Shown: piece after piece, positions 49,626 to 62,920 of the stretch
Position numbering within the stretch: the stretch's first letter is position 1
Layout: each line of letters begins with the position of its first letter
From: Eledone cirrhosa
Taxonomy: Eukaryota
DNA length: 64,000 nucleotides
Assembly (NCBI GenBank): GCA_964016885.1
Contig: OZ024741.1
Span: 356,562,001 to 356,626,000, forward strand
Direction of reading: 5' to 3'
The notes under the pieces: generated by a model
Databases searched by the model: none
What the model saw: only the letters and a program-made list of their open reading frames with translations
Told to the model about the DNA's origin: nothing
Made by a program: the position numbers and the translations under genes

Positions 49626-51573
49626 TCTTGAGCAAAATTATATCATGTTGCTCTTTCTGCCTGGAGCTGCAGCCATCAGATTGTATCAGCAATGGAAAGA
49701 TCAATGGAAACATTGTTTCCTTGGTCCTATCTGACAGTTAGCTCCTTTCCTTTTTTTTACTATAGTAAAATAACTAAGTTTGTCATTATATTTAGAACAT
49801 AATTTAATGAAGGTTTGTACATAAAATTATGGTAGAAGGTTTTTAAATAAATATAAAAAAAATTAAAAATGAGAAATCATGGTTGATCTCAGGTAGATTG
49901 GTATTGTAAGAGTAAATCCTTTTGATACCAAACTGTCTGGATTTAGGATACAAAATTCCTAATTTTATAATGTGTATCTTTCTATTAAAACTTGCAAACA
50001 TAATTTTATTCTAGAAATTTTTGTAAAGTAATGCTCTAAATATTAGCTTACAGATGAAAACTTTGTTATTTTATCAAATTCATCCAAATTTTTGGTTATT
50101 TTCAAAATTAATTGAAACATATAGGTAGTATATTTCATTAGAAATACAGTAATGAAAGGCTTAAGTAAAATTAAGACATCTTGATAACTTTTTCAGAGTT
50201 TTAGCAATACAGCCACCTTATTCATTCTTAAGTGGTGTGGAAACTGAAGTATCTTAGCATTGTTTCCTCTTGCCACCCATCACTTGTCCAATTGTTGTTG
50301 TTGATGCTACTATTGCTGGTGTTGTTGTTTGTGATGGTGCTGGTGTTAATCTTACTTATGCAGAGGTCATGAGTAGACCTAATTATGCTTGAGCAGACAC
50401 ACATGACACAGATTATAACCAATCAAAATGTTTAGAAATAATCCCTTGCTCTAACACACCTAATATAGAACTATCTGGCATGTCAGTTTGGCTTGTTTAA
50501 TCAGCCAATTTTATCAAAGGTGCATTGGCCAGAATTTTTACATTTAAAACATATTTACATTTTTAAAAATAGTAAAAAGATTGTAGAGGAAGTTTGAGCA
50601 TAAAATCGTATTCTTTCTTATATTGATTTATTTTTGCTGTTATTGATTATGATGTTAATGATGATAACAGGAGCAATGATGATGTGATGACGATGATTGA
50701 TGGTGATGATGATGAGGATGATGATGGTGATGATGGTGATGGTGGTGGTGGTGACTATGATGATGATGATTAATTAAGAAGATTTATAAATAAGATACAT
50801 AGACACATGCACACATTCACAGGATGAATATATATGAATAAATAAATCTTTAAATGTTTAAAATTTCATCTCTAACTGGTCATTATACTTAAGAATGGAT
50901 TAATCTCATTATCCACATTCTGCTTATATCTCTTCTAATTCTGAAAAGATTTTCATGTTTTCGCCTTTTTTTTGTTACTGATCCATCACTATCAAGAAAA
51001 ATTGCAGTTTTATATAAAACTTCATAAAACATATGAAAGTATAGCATGTATGTATCAATAACTCCTGGTGGAATCATAGAGCCACTATAATGACATACAG
51101 CATTTCTTCAACATTATAAATCTGGCAAAACTTATCTCTCTCCAGGTCTGAACACAGTTGATATCTTCTAGAAAAAGTGAGGGAGTGGTAGAGAGAATGG
51201 TACATTCTTTAATGATATCAAAAAGTTTAAATGCATAGTTTTCTTCAACAGGATTTGAACTCAAAGTGCAGAGAGCTAGAATGAATATTGCAAAGTATTC
51301 TATCCAATGTTCTAATGACTATGTCAATTCACATGAAACTATAGGGGATTAGAAAAATATGCCCAGAACAAAAATAATTGAGCCTTACCTTATTTAACCC
51401 TTTTGATAACAAACCACCCTATGTTATACAATACCAGTCGCTTATATTATACAATACTAAGTGTTTATATTTATCTAAAAACATTCCATAAACCTAATAG
51501 GAATAATTCAATGTAAGAACCTTTGTTAAGTTATGTTCCAAACATTAGATAAATAATGAGAATATTTGTTATA

Positions 51574-51748
51574 CAGTGAAATTCTGTTATAACAAAATTC
51601 ATGGGGGTATAAAAAAAAATTGTTGTAACGAAAAATTCTTTATAATGAGATCGACCTAACACATCGAAAGTGTGGCTGGGGATTGAAAAAAAATTTGTTA
51701 TACTGAAAAATTTGTTATAATGGTATTCGTTATAATGGATTTTACCTG
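51574..51748. mobile_element. Tc1/pogo(Tigger)-like MITE nested in an AT-rich MITE
   Basis: TA-CAGTGAAATTCTGTTATAAC...GTTATAATGGATTTTACCTG-TA. Confidence 0.8.
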
Positions 51749-53631
51749 TATTACTAAATCCCTCCAAAAAAGGTCAAGTCTCCTGCAAGCTCTCTTGATG
51801 TCACTTACTTCTGTTCTTTCTCCTCCCTTCATACATGCCATGTATATAATGTATATCTATCTATCACATTGTGTGCCAACCTGATTTAATGATCACTTCA
51901 TAACAGTTCACCTTTTTCTTCAGTAGTGGACACTCACCTTTCCAGAATGATATGATTGTTCATTGCTTGCAATTAAAGTTCAAATCAAATTCCCTTCCCA
52001 GAGTTTGGTTTTCCAATCCTGCAGTCCTCACTTTTTCATTTCACACTCACATCACTTTCAGCCTTCTTCCTAAACTCTATTTCATTTTCATTGACCATAA
52101 CATCTCTAGTATTTGACTGGCATTATATTTCATTTACCTTGGAAGGATGAAAGAAAAGTGGACTATGGTGGGATTTGAACTCAGAATTTAAAGAGCCTCT
52201 TGAATGTTCATATCTGTTCTCTTGGATCCTTAGTGCTCAGAGCTTATTGTCTTATTTCATCCAGACCCACTGTTGCCATTGCTGCATGATCTTGGGTTTT
52301 ATTCAGTGTCAACACCTTAATCCAGGTCACCAAATCTACAGCCTTGGTTTCGGGGTTCAACAACTACTGCAACCATACCAAAATCTGATTAGGGAAGCCA
52401 GTCATGAACTCAAATTTACTACTTTTTTCAGCCCTTCTCCAGTGATACTACCCGACCCAACCAATTTTCTTACCCCATTAACATATATATATTCACCTGT
52501 TTCTCAACTTATTTAATTCTTCTTAATTTATTATAAGCTATAAACCCCCCCCCCCCCCCCCCCCAATCTCTTTCAGTAAGTTTTCTAATTGGTTATCATC
52601 ATTTATCCCCAGATATAACGCTAATGTTTTTCTTCTGGATACACCGGGAGAAAAAGTTTGCTACATCAGGAATACTTTGTAATTTTGCTATTAACTTCCT
52701 CACATCTCCTTTGTCAACCTTATTACATTACAATTAATCCTAACATTTTATATCTTATTCATCAAAATAGACAAATAAGAAAAACAATTGAACCCTACCT
52801 TATTTAATTTTGTTCTTCTCTGGGCTTTTTGGGTACACATGAAGAAATTAATTCACTTACTCTCACAGCTTGAGACACCTCAAAGCACTGATAGCTAATC
52901 CATACACACTCTTCTTCTTCACCTGTTTGAAACAATAGAAGCCAAAAAATGGCCAATCCTCCCACATGCTCTCTTGATGTTACTTTTGTTCTTATTTCTC
53001 CCTACCATGCATGCTATACATGACGTATACCTGCCCACCACATTCCACTATATATATAACAGCAAGTAGTTTCTTGGTGGGTTAAACACCGTGCCAGATT
53101 TTGGTATAAGCTGAACAAGTTACAGTTTAAGGCTTCACAATCTGTAGGGGTCCCTAAATAATTAAAAGGTATATTATCAGTTTTATGTCTGCTTTCCTAT
53201 GCTTGCATGTGTTTTATGGGTCTTTTGTAGTACAGTTCTCCTCCATTTGTGTTCCTTCATCATTTCTGTGAGGTTCAGTATTCTGAGATCAGCGTTCACC
53301 ACTTCTGCCCATGTTTTTCTTGGTTTTCTTATATATATTTTAATCTATAAATATAAACAATTTAACCTTTTCAATACGAGGTTTCTAATGAAAGGCATTG
53401 ACTATTATTTTCAAAACATTCTGACAATTCTCAAGAATTGGAGGAATTTAGTCATATAACTAACTCTCTCATTATTGAGCTGTGTTAGGAAGGTAACTTC
53501 ACTGAGGTTCTTACATAAAATTGCATTTTTAGATTAATTTAAACACTTTAAAGTAAACAACTACATATCATAGAACCAAGAGCAATTTCAGGAGGTTTGG
53601 TATCATCAAGAACTTAAGTCTTTATTCAGTA

Positions 53632-53828
53632 AATAATTGTTTCTACTTTTGGCACAAGGCCAGCAAATACCCCAGTGCATTTTTGGTGCTTTATTTTATC
53701 AACCCTGTAAGGATGAAAGGCAAAGCTAATCTTCGCGGGATTTGAACCCAGAACTTAAAGGGTCATAACTCTATGGTGCAAAGCATGGTGTCTGATGCTC
53801 TACCGATACTGCCAATCCACCACCCTTC
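53632..53828 (-). mobile_element. tRNA-derived CORE-like SINE
   Basis: Full-length-looking copy; flanked by the direct repeat ttcagtaaataat (probable TSD). Confidence 0.82.
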
Positions 53829-54246
53829 AGTAAATAATGCATAATATAGTTTGTTCAGATTTTATTCAGTAGATAATACGTAATATAGTTTGTTATATGT
53901 TCTTTTGCTTTGTACACCATGTAAAATGTTGTATGTAGTGTTCAAAACAAAATAACACCTAAGAAATGTGGTGGCTCATACATTGGAAAGTAGCCATCCA
54001 CAAAGCAGACATCCAGATTAAAGACCACATTCACACAAGTGTTACAGAAATGTCCCACCCAAGATATCAAACTCCCCAATGAAGCTACTAAATGCGCTCT
54101 GAAAAAAAAAAGACCTTTCACTTCACTTGAAAAAGATCATTGGGGCTAGTATCTGTGTAAAAGCTGTCAATTTGTATTTTGCAAAATAGTGAACAGATGA
54201 TTTTTTTGCTTCTCCATGTTCTTACCAATACTAGCTTTGATGCGTA

Positions 54247-54280
<34 letters not shown>

Positions 54281-54390
54281 TTCGTGAGTTTTATATCAAA
54301 TAATGATAATATTCAATTCATTTGCAAACAAACAGCCTCCTAATGTTATGTGTTCTAGACGACTATCATCATTCTTTTGTTCTAGTGGTG

Positions 54391-54830
54391 GCAGAGAGCA
54401 TCAATCGACAATTGTTTCAGGGTTATTGCCCTTTGTCAAGATTGTGTATCTCTCTTTTTCTGCCACAAACTGGAACTTTTGAGAATATATAGTATTCTCT
54501 AAAGTATAAATTGGCTGATTAACCTAATTTGTATACTGAGTGATTTTACAGCTGGCTTTACTGAAAATTAAAAACAAAATTAGTTTTCACTCTAACATAG
54601 CAGATATGTAAATGCAAACTGCCTCATAATGCTATGTGTTTTAGATACTATTATCATCCTTTTGTTCTAGAAGTAGCAGAGAGAAACAATGAACTATGCA
54701 AATTAGGCTAATCAGCCAGTGTATACTTTAGAGAATACTATATATTCTCAAGAGTTCAGAAAAGAGAGATGCACAATCTTGACAAAGACAATAACCCAGA
54801 AACAATATTGTTGATTGTTTCTCTCTGTCA
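54391..54830. repeat. Fold-back inverted repeat (~140-bp arms)
   Basis: 30-bp perfect core 54479-54508 / 54722-54751 plus imperfect extensions. Confidence 0.88.
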
Positions 54831-55957
54831 AACTTGATAAATAATCATTTAAATGGAGTTAAGTTTAAAATGTAACTTTGAAAAAATAACAGATAAATGT
54901 TATCTATAGTCCTTTATGAGGAACAGTCAGATAAAATTTACCTAGTCTGTCCTCTTAGTCCGTAGAAATTAATTAGACAAATAATCATTTAAACAGAGCT
55001 AAGTCTAAAATGTAAGTTTGAAGAAAAAAATAGATAAATGTTACCAAAAATTTTCCCAGTCCTGACTATTGATAGTTTTGCTTGTTCTTTGTGGAAATAT
55101 CCAATCGTTGCATTATCAACGAGGCTTAGAGTTTTTCAAGAGACTCCCTCAGTTAAGACCGAAATTTCCAAAGTAGTCCCCGTTAGCAACAAATTCAAAA
55201 GGGGTGAAAATCATCCCATGGCTAGCAGACAAGATAGAATTGTTGTGAAGGGTAGGCTGGTGGCAAGTAATTTCATTGCTAGAAGAAGCAATAATGATAA
55301 AAAGAACGGTTTTTTAAATCTTCATTACATTTATTGAGGTGTAGTGCGCGTTTCGCGATGGATCAGCTCAAGGCTCGATCTGTATCGATCTAGCTCGACT
55401 CTGGAATCAAAAGCTCATTGAACTTCTGTTATGGTAATGACCGAATGATTGCCTTACAGTTTTGAAAAAAGTACATATCGTTCATTTATGGTGGTCAATT
55501 TTACTTCATTTGATTGGTGGTTTTGCGAGAAGAAATGTTTGGGTATGTAAGATGGGTGAGGGGAAGAATTAGAAGGAAGATCATGGCTTGAGGGGATGAA
55601 AGAATGATGGTGGAGTACATCGTTTGGTAGAGGTGCGGATGGGGTGGTATTTTGTCCGGTTCTTAGACACTTTGGCATTTATGTGTCGATGTGAGGGTGT
55701 TGGGGTGAGAATCCAGAGATGAATATGTATATGTGTATGTGCTTGTGTGTTTGAGTGGTTTATTTATACATTGTATGGTGTAAAAACATACAAGTACTCA
55801 GAAATGTGTATATAAAGTCCTATATATGATAATTTATAAACAATGATTACATGACTTGAACTACAAGAGCCTTGTTAGGAAAAGAAATGAAATAATATAT
55901 AAATGAGTATTTAATTGTTTCTTTTTGTTTATATTTGTTTATATTTATTCTTTTCAG

Positions 55958-56256
55958 GTGCTTACAAGACTCACCTTTTCACCTTGAGACTTGATTTAGG
56001 ACCACATGATGAAATACCTGATAGCCTTGAAATGGTCAGTGATGTGAAGTTTACCATGCCAGCTAGCACTATTTCTAAATGCCAGATTCGATCTATATCA
56101 TGCGGCAATCCAACCCCACCAGAGAAATGGGTGCGCTATATAGCACATTACAATTATAAAGTTGCTATCGAGCATAATTTGGAAGGAAATATAAAAAATA
56201 TACCGGAAATTGATGTCCATGTAGCTGAAGCGAATGATTCTGAATCAGACTCTTAG
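55958..56256 (+). CDS. stnB: Stonin / stoned B-like, last coding exon (end of mu-homology domain)
   Basis: ttttcAG acceptor at 55956-55957. Phase 1 matches the 39846 donor (RNQ-G-AYKTHLF). Encodes FTMPASTISKCQIRSIS...PPEKWVRYIAHYNYKV, typical of the stonin MHD C-terminus. Stop TAG at 56254-56256. Confidence 0.92.
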
Positions 56257-56358
56257 TTTGAAGATAAGTAAGGCATAATTGGTGAAAAACACTTCACCCA
56301 TGAACACTATTGTTTACTTAATCTTACTACTACTACTACTAAAACTAAAATGACAAAG

Positions 56359-56396
<38 letters not shown>

Positions 56397-56771
56397 CGAC
56401 TTTTCCACACAACCAAAATACCCCCAGTCTCCAGACTAGACATTTTTGATAGTCTATACATGATGCCTTCCATAGTGAAGCAAGTTTTAGATATTTGCAT
56501 AGGGGGAAAATAATAATAATAATGTTGTTGTTATTGTTGCTGTTGTTACTGATTTATATTTATTTATTTATTCATATATTTATTTTTATTGACAGATAAC
56601 ATACTATGATTTCAATTAGTTGAACTGGAGTATCTTAGGGTACATGCTTTCGATTTTGTGACTAGCTTCAGTTTCTTTTTATATGTGAGCATATATACAT
56701 ATACATATACATATACATACATATATACATACATACATATATACACACATATATACATACATATATATGCA

Positions 56772-56803
<32 letters not shown>

Positions 56804-57268
56804 ATTTAAGCCAAAATCTCGATTGGGGGATATAAGTTAGAAAAGTATTAGACAACTTTCTGATTTATATATATATATATATATATATATACACCTGTAT
56901 ATATATACATATGTACATATGAATATATATGTGTGTGTGTATATGTGCGTGTGTGTGTGTGTGTACGCAGTGTCTGTGAATGTGTGTGTGTGTGTCTGTG
57001 TATATGTGTGGGATTAGCGTTCTCACTATGTTAGATGTCTTACTAGTTAAGATGTTTGATATTGGTCTTGTGCTATGAAACTGCAGTAGGGGTATTTTGG
57101 AATGAGTATAATTAATTCTTCTGAATTTATTTTGCTAACATCTCCCATTTATGAATTTATATATACCCATATATATATATATAAATGTGAGGAATCAAAA
57201 CATATCAAATATGTTTGATTTTTGTGTTTCTCAATTAAAATGCTCAATAGACTTTATCCAGAGCTATA

Positions 57269-57426
57269 ATAATTCAAAAGTAAAAGATATATGTATGTAT
57301 ATATATATGTATAGAGAGAGAGAGGACCATATATCCAAGAGAATACATAATATATTGTATATTCTCTTGTGGTCCTTTCTCTCTCTCTCTCTATATATAT
57401 ACATATATCTTTTACTTTTGAATTAT
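57269..57426 (+). other. Long stem-loop in the putative 3'UTR
   Basis: 28-bp perfect outer stem plus inner stems. Confidence 0.85.
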
Positions 57427-58019
57427 ATATATATATATAAGAGAAAGTTGTTAAAAGAATATATATATATATATATATATATATACAAAGGCAGATATGG
57501 AGAAGAAGTAATTTCTCAGAAGAAGGGATGTGAAAACGAAAAGTATAGTTGTTATATGATAAGTAGAACTGTGAATTGAATGGAACTTAACTTATTTGAA
57601 AACAAACAAAAAAATATCTATATATTTCAACCTTTCATTTCATTTTATTTCCAATTCATTTTTAAAATCATTTCTGGTTCATTTTCTTAATTTAAAAAGA
57701 AAAAAAAATTATTTAATGATCCCCACCCCTCCCCCAGTGGAAAAAATCACAAAAACGAAAAAAAAAAACTATTGCTGTTCTTTATGGTAGAGTCTTGTAG
57801 AGTCGTTCTTGTGTAACATGCAGCATTCAGTTAGTTCAACTAGTCCGTTGTAGCTACCATTTTTCAACCAATCATAATACTGATCTGACAATTTTAACAA
57901 ATTAATTATAAACCTAATATCAATAATTAACAAGAAAAAAATAATAATAAATTCAATAATATTTTATAGAATTAAAACTAAGGACATCTAAATAAAGATT
58001 TCTAATGTTCTTTTTAGAT

Positions 58020-58022
58020 GAG

Positions 58023-58116
<94 letters not shown>

Positions 58117-58175
58117 CATACACATACATATATACACAATTATGTATGTGCCTATGGATGCATATATATACATAC

Positions 58176-58214
<39 letters not shown>

Positions 58215-58219
58215 GTATG

Positions 58220-58250
<31 letters not shown>

Positions 58251-58255
58251 GTATG

Positions 58256-58315
<60 letters not shown>

Positions 58316-58343
58316 TATATATATTTATATATGTATTTATGTG

Positions 58344-58389
<46 letters not shown>

Positions 58390-58420
58390 GTGTGTGTGCA
58401 TGTGAGTGTGTGTTTGTGTG
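58020..58420. repeat. (TA)n compound microsatellite
   Basis: Directly visible. Confidence 0.95.
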
Positions 58421-59572
58421 TAATAATAACAGAAAGAGAGGAAACAACAACCAACAATATTCTTCCATATATTGGACCAATATCTCAAAATCTTGATTAT
58501 GTAATTCACCATATTTTCTATTGTGTTCTTGTCTGTGCATTTACATATTTTTTCACTTGTATGTGTGGTTTTCATTCTTTTTTTATTATTATCTTATTTA
58601 TTTATTTATTTATTCATTTTATATTTTCCTGCAAACCTTCTCAAACAAAATCACATTACCAACCCAACCCAAATTCACTTGTTGCTTAAAACTAATAGTT
58701 GACATGACATATTATTATTGTATCTCCATTAAAAAGCTGAATGTCTTGGCTGAAAAGAGGCCATATTGAAACACACACACACATACACACACACACACAC
58801 ATATATGTGTGTGTGTGTATGTATATATATATAATATATATATATATTTACAAGGGAGGAGGAACAAAACATAAAACAAAAATAATAAAATAAGATTTTT
58901 AATAATTTAATTTCTTTAATGGTATTTTGCATATTTTATGTAAATTTCTTTCATTGCTACATTTATATTACAAGATAATTTCAATAGTAAACATTTCCTC
59001 TGAGTATTTTGGTTTCACTTCAAATGTGCAGCTTTGATTATTTGTTTAAACTATTTTGGAATATTAATCATATTGGATGATATATTTCTGCTTGTGTTTC
59101 TCATAGATTTATATAAGCACTTATGTCTGTAAATATACACATTTACTACTCACATACCATACATATACTCACAAAGACCCACATAGACACTCTAACTACA
59201 ACAACTACAAACATTTTTAGACCATTTTTCCCTGGTAAAGCAGGCTCCATGATACATGTCATATTGATCATTGGGTCGTCTTTAGAGGCAATGTTTTACA
59301 GCCGGATGTCCTTCCTAGCACCAATACTTTTAGTTGCCTCATATAACATGCAGGAACATGGTGTACATATTGTGAGCCACATATTTATACATCACATACA
59401 CACACATACATATTCACACAGATACATATTAATTGTATACAGTATTTATTTATTTATTGGTGAGTTGTTAATAAGTAAAGTTTAAATTGAATTATAATTT
59501 TTTTTTTGTTTCTGAAACTGAAATTGAGAAAGAAGAAAAAAAAACCCCAGTATGTCAATCAGTAAAACCATA

Positions 59573-59606
<34 letters not shown>

Positions 59607-60153
59607 AACACTTGTATTACGTAAAAGTAAAAATACAATCTTCATTTTATGAATATTTTTTCATACTTGCCTTTGTTAAACAGCTGAGAAAATAATTTGT
59701 TTATTCATGGATTAAGGAAGTTATTGCTATGGTTCTTGTTGAATAAAAGAAATAATTTGTTATTTCAAAGTGACATAATTATTTGAAAAAATACAAAAAA
59801 TGTTTATAAATATCATTTTAGTGAAAAGTAAAGTGTGCATAAATTAAAAGTGTTTTTAGAATAAATTCAACCAACCAATTGCTTTTGAATATAGAGAAAT
59901 AATTGTTCACTTGGATCCAAATGAGAAAACTGTTAAAATTACTTTAGTGGGTTGAAGTGGTGAAAATGATTTCATTTTTCAAATAAATTCTTCAAAATCT
60001 GACTAAAACAACATTTTTATCACTATAAAATTTCTTTGGGATTAATTAATCCTACAACTCTAACTATTCTAAGATGGTCAGCTTGAAAGCAATTGAAATT
60101 AAGACTTGAAGGGATGTATGTATGTATAGATATACATAAATACATATATATAT

Positions 60154-60207
<54 letters not shown>

Positions 60208-60240
60208 GTATGCATATAGAGATATATGTGTACCTGTGAA

Positions 60241-60287
<47 letters not shown>

Positions 60288-60356
60288 TATTTAAAAAAAA
60301 GGGTTTTATATGCATAAAAACAATGAACATTGATGTACAACTGTAGAGTCTAATGC

Positions 60357-60472
60357 TTATAATTTTATTTACAGTGACTTCAAAGTTTCACAAGGGCTAT
60401 ATCTTATTCAAATAGTTTGAATAAGCCATAGACTTGGTAGGACTTTGAAGTCATGTGTAAATAAAACTATAA
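60357..60472 (+). other. 116-nt rod-like hairpin in the putative 3'UTR
   Basis: Successive complementary blocks around a 3-nt loop. Confidence 0.85.
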
Positions 60473-61873
60473 CACACACATGCACACAAATACACACAGA
60501 GACACAGAGACATAGACACACACACATACACACATATATATATATTTATATAGTAATCAGTAAAATCTCAACAGATAGCCTACACCATTTCTGCTGGCCT
60601 TGAACTGAGTTTGAACTGCCAACTCTGCACCTAAATATGATTTATGTGTGGTCTTCCTGGTTTTCACACGCACACAGATATATACACACACAAACATGTA
60701 CATACATATATATATATACACACAAACATATACATATATATATATATATACATACATATACATATATATATACATATGAATACATACACACATACATATA
60801 TAAAATCAGAAAAATGTTAACTTTTTTCAGATTGCTCCCTTCATTAAAAGCTTTTGCATTTAACAAGCTATTATTATAAAATCTCTTTCTCTGACTCTCT
60901 CCCTCCCCCTTTCTCTCTCTCTGTCTCTCTCTACCAGCAGTGATTTTGTTCAACAAATGTACACCCAATTACAACATATAAAGCTTTTGATTAAAATAAT
61001 AAAATACAGGACACTGTATAGAAAACATCAAGGTACATTTAGCTAAAATAACTTAATTATAGTTTTCCCCGTGAAATAATAACCTTGAAAAAATATTACT
61101 CTGAAAATTGTTTTGTTATTTCTGAAAAAATAAAATCAGGAAAGATACATTATTTTTTAATCTGAAAGAAAAACTCTGAATTATGTTTAGAAAGAAATGG
61201 TCACTCTTTTGCTTGTATGTGTCTATAAGTTTATGTGTGTGCCTGTGTATGTGTCTGTGGATGCATGTGTGAGTGTATGTATGAGAGTGTATGTGTATAT
61301 GTGTGTGAATATGAGTGTGTGTGTATGTGTATGCAAGTATGAAGTATGTATGTATGAAAGATAAAACAAGGTTGAAGTTGCAGCCTCCATTGATAAAAAG
61401 GAAATATTATAAGATAGATGTTCAGGTGTATCATACTAAAATATCAAATATCAAATATCAAAAGCTCTTGGTGTCACAGAAAAAAAGCAAAAAAATAAAA
61501 TTAAATAAATAAAATAAAATATATATGCATATATATATTGAACTATAGACATTGAAACCCTATGTTTGTGATCCTTCAATTCATTTGAGATCAACTAATG
61601 TTAGTAAAAGAAAAAAATCTTGATGGAGCTATATTATAAGTTTGAGTGAAAAACAAAAAGGAAAGAATCGTGAATCTCAACTATTTATTAATACTTGTGA
61701 GCATTCCAAGGTGAAATAAAAGTTATTTCTTTGCATTTTAATTCTTTTTTCTTTGTTTTTAAAAAAGGTTTTGTTGAGATTTTAAAGAAACAAAAAAAAA
61801 AAAAAGAAAATAACTAAACGAAAATTGTTGGTATTTGAAATTTGTTATATATTTACATTATTAGTTTCTGGAA

Positions 61874-61879
61874 AATAAA
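61874..61879 (+). terminator. Candidate polyadenylation signal
   Basis: AATAAA with downstream gtgtaagagttttgctt, at the border of the TE-poor and TE-rich zones. Confidence 0.35.
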
Positions 61880-61954
61880 AAGAATATATATACATGAAAC
61901 AATTGAAACAGTGTAAGAGTTTTGCTTCCACAATATGTTTATTTTATATAATAT

Positions 61955-62112
61955 AATAATTGTTTCCACTTTAGGCACAAGGCCAGCAATTACCCAGTAC
62001 ATTACTGGTACTTTATTTTATTGACCCCGTAAGGATGAAAGGCAAAGTTAACCTCGGCGGGATTTGAACTCAGACTGTAAAGGGACGTAACTATGCTAGA
62101 AAGCATGGCGTT
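61955..62112 (-). mobile_element. tRNA-derived CORE-like SINE
   Basis: Near-consensus copy. Confidence 0.82.
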
Positions 62113-62124
62113 TTATATAATATA

Positions 62125-62655
62125 ATAATGAAAGTTATTGTATACAGTGCTCAGGTGCACTACAACTCATCAAAGGTACATGCATAGTACAGAGAATAAT
62201 TTACAAATGTTAGGAGAGTGAACAGTGTATGAATCATGTTATACACACAGACACATGCATGTGTATGGAGGAGGAATATCAGGTGTAGTGTTGGCGAATT
62301 TTAGGAAGCATGGAAATTTTGAAGGATGCAGTGTCCCAACAGCTAACAACCGATGCAGGTAGTTTGTTCCATGCATTAGCAACTCTGAGCATGAAAAAAT
62401 GTTTCGAAAAGTCATGGGAGCTGTACTGTTTTCTGACTTTGTAAGCATATCCATGGGTGTTGGACACATGGAATTCAAAAAGGTGCTCAGGGTTGTTGGT
62501 TGGAAAGATGGTTAATAATCTTGTGGGTTGCCAGACATCAGAGCTTTAATGTATCCATGCCTAGGGAAGCAAGGCATTCAGAGTATGGTAGATGCCTGAT
62601 GGAGGGTATTTGTTTCGTTGCATGTCCCTGAACAGTTTCCAGGAGATCAATATGG
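62125..62655 (-). mobile_element. CR1/L2-type LINE 3' end
   Basis: Minus strand IDLLETVQGHATK...HGYAYKVRKQ..KHFFMLRVANAWNKLP. Confidence 0.8.
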
Positions 62656-62724
62656 TTTTTGAAAATAAAATTTTGAAGGAGGTTTAGTAATATAACTAAC
62701 TTCTTCATTATTAACTAGTTAAAT

Positions 62725-62920
62725 TCATGGTATTTATTATGCTTCGCAGTATAAAGTTACTTCCCTTTACATTCTGAATTCAAATTCCGCCGAGGTTATT
62801 TTTATCTTTCATCCTTACGGGATTGATAAAATAAAGCACCAGTATCGTACTGGGGTCGATCTAATTGACTTTCCCTCCCTCAAAATTGTTGGCCATGTGC
62901 CTAACTCAGAAACCATTATT
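62725..62920 (+). mobile_element. tRNA-derived CORE-like SINE
   Basis: ttcaaattccgccgagg..ctttcatccttacggg..ggccatgtgcctaactcagaaaccattatt. Confidence 0.75.

Larger units (their letters stand above)
39847..55957 (+). other. 16.1-kb GT-AG intron of the stonin gene
   Basis: GTTAGT donor, polypyrimidine-CAG acceptor, phase-compatible flanking exons; filled with repeats. Confidence 0.88.
56257..61900 (+). other. Putative long 3'UTR of stonin
   Basis: Transposon density drops sharply after the stop codon (one clear repeat fragment at ~59190-59370) and resumes at ~61955. AATAAA at ~59742, ~61716 and 61874, the last followed by a GT/T-rich tract. The end point is inferred. Confidence 0.5.

Noticed and set aside
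55040-55720. GC/CpG-richer patch with short palindromes (possible exon or promoter)
   Set aside because: No convincing ORF or splice pair; probably a decayed retroelement.
55915-55957. N-terminus of the 113-aa ORF
   Set aside because: Intron pyrimidine tract.
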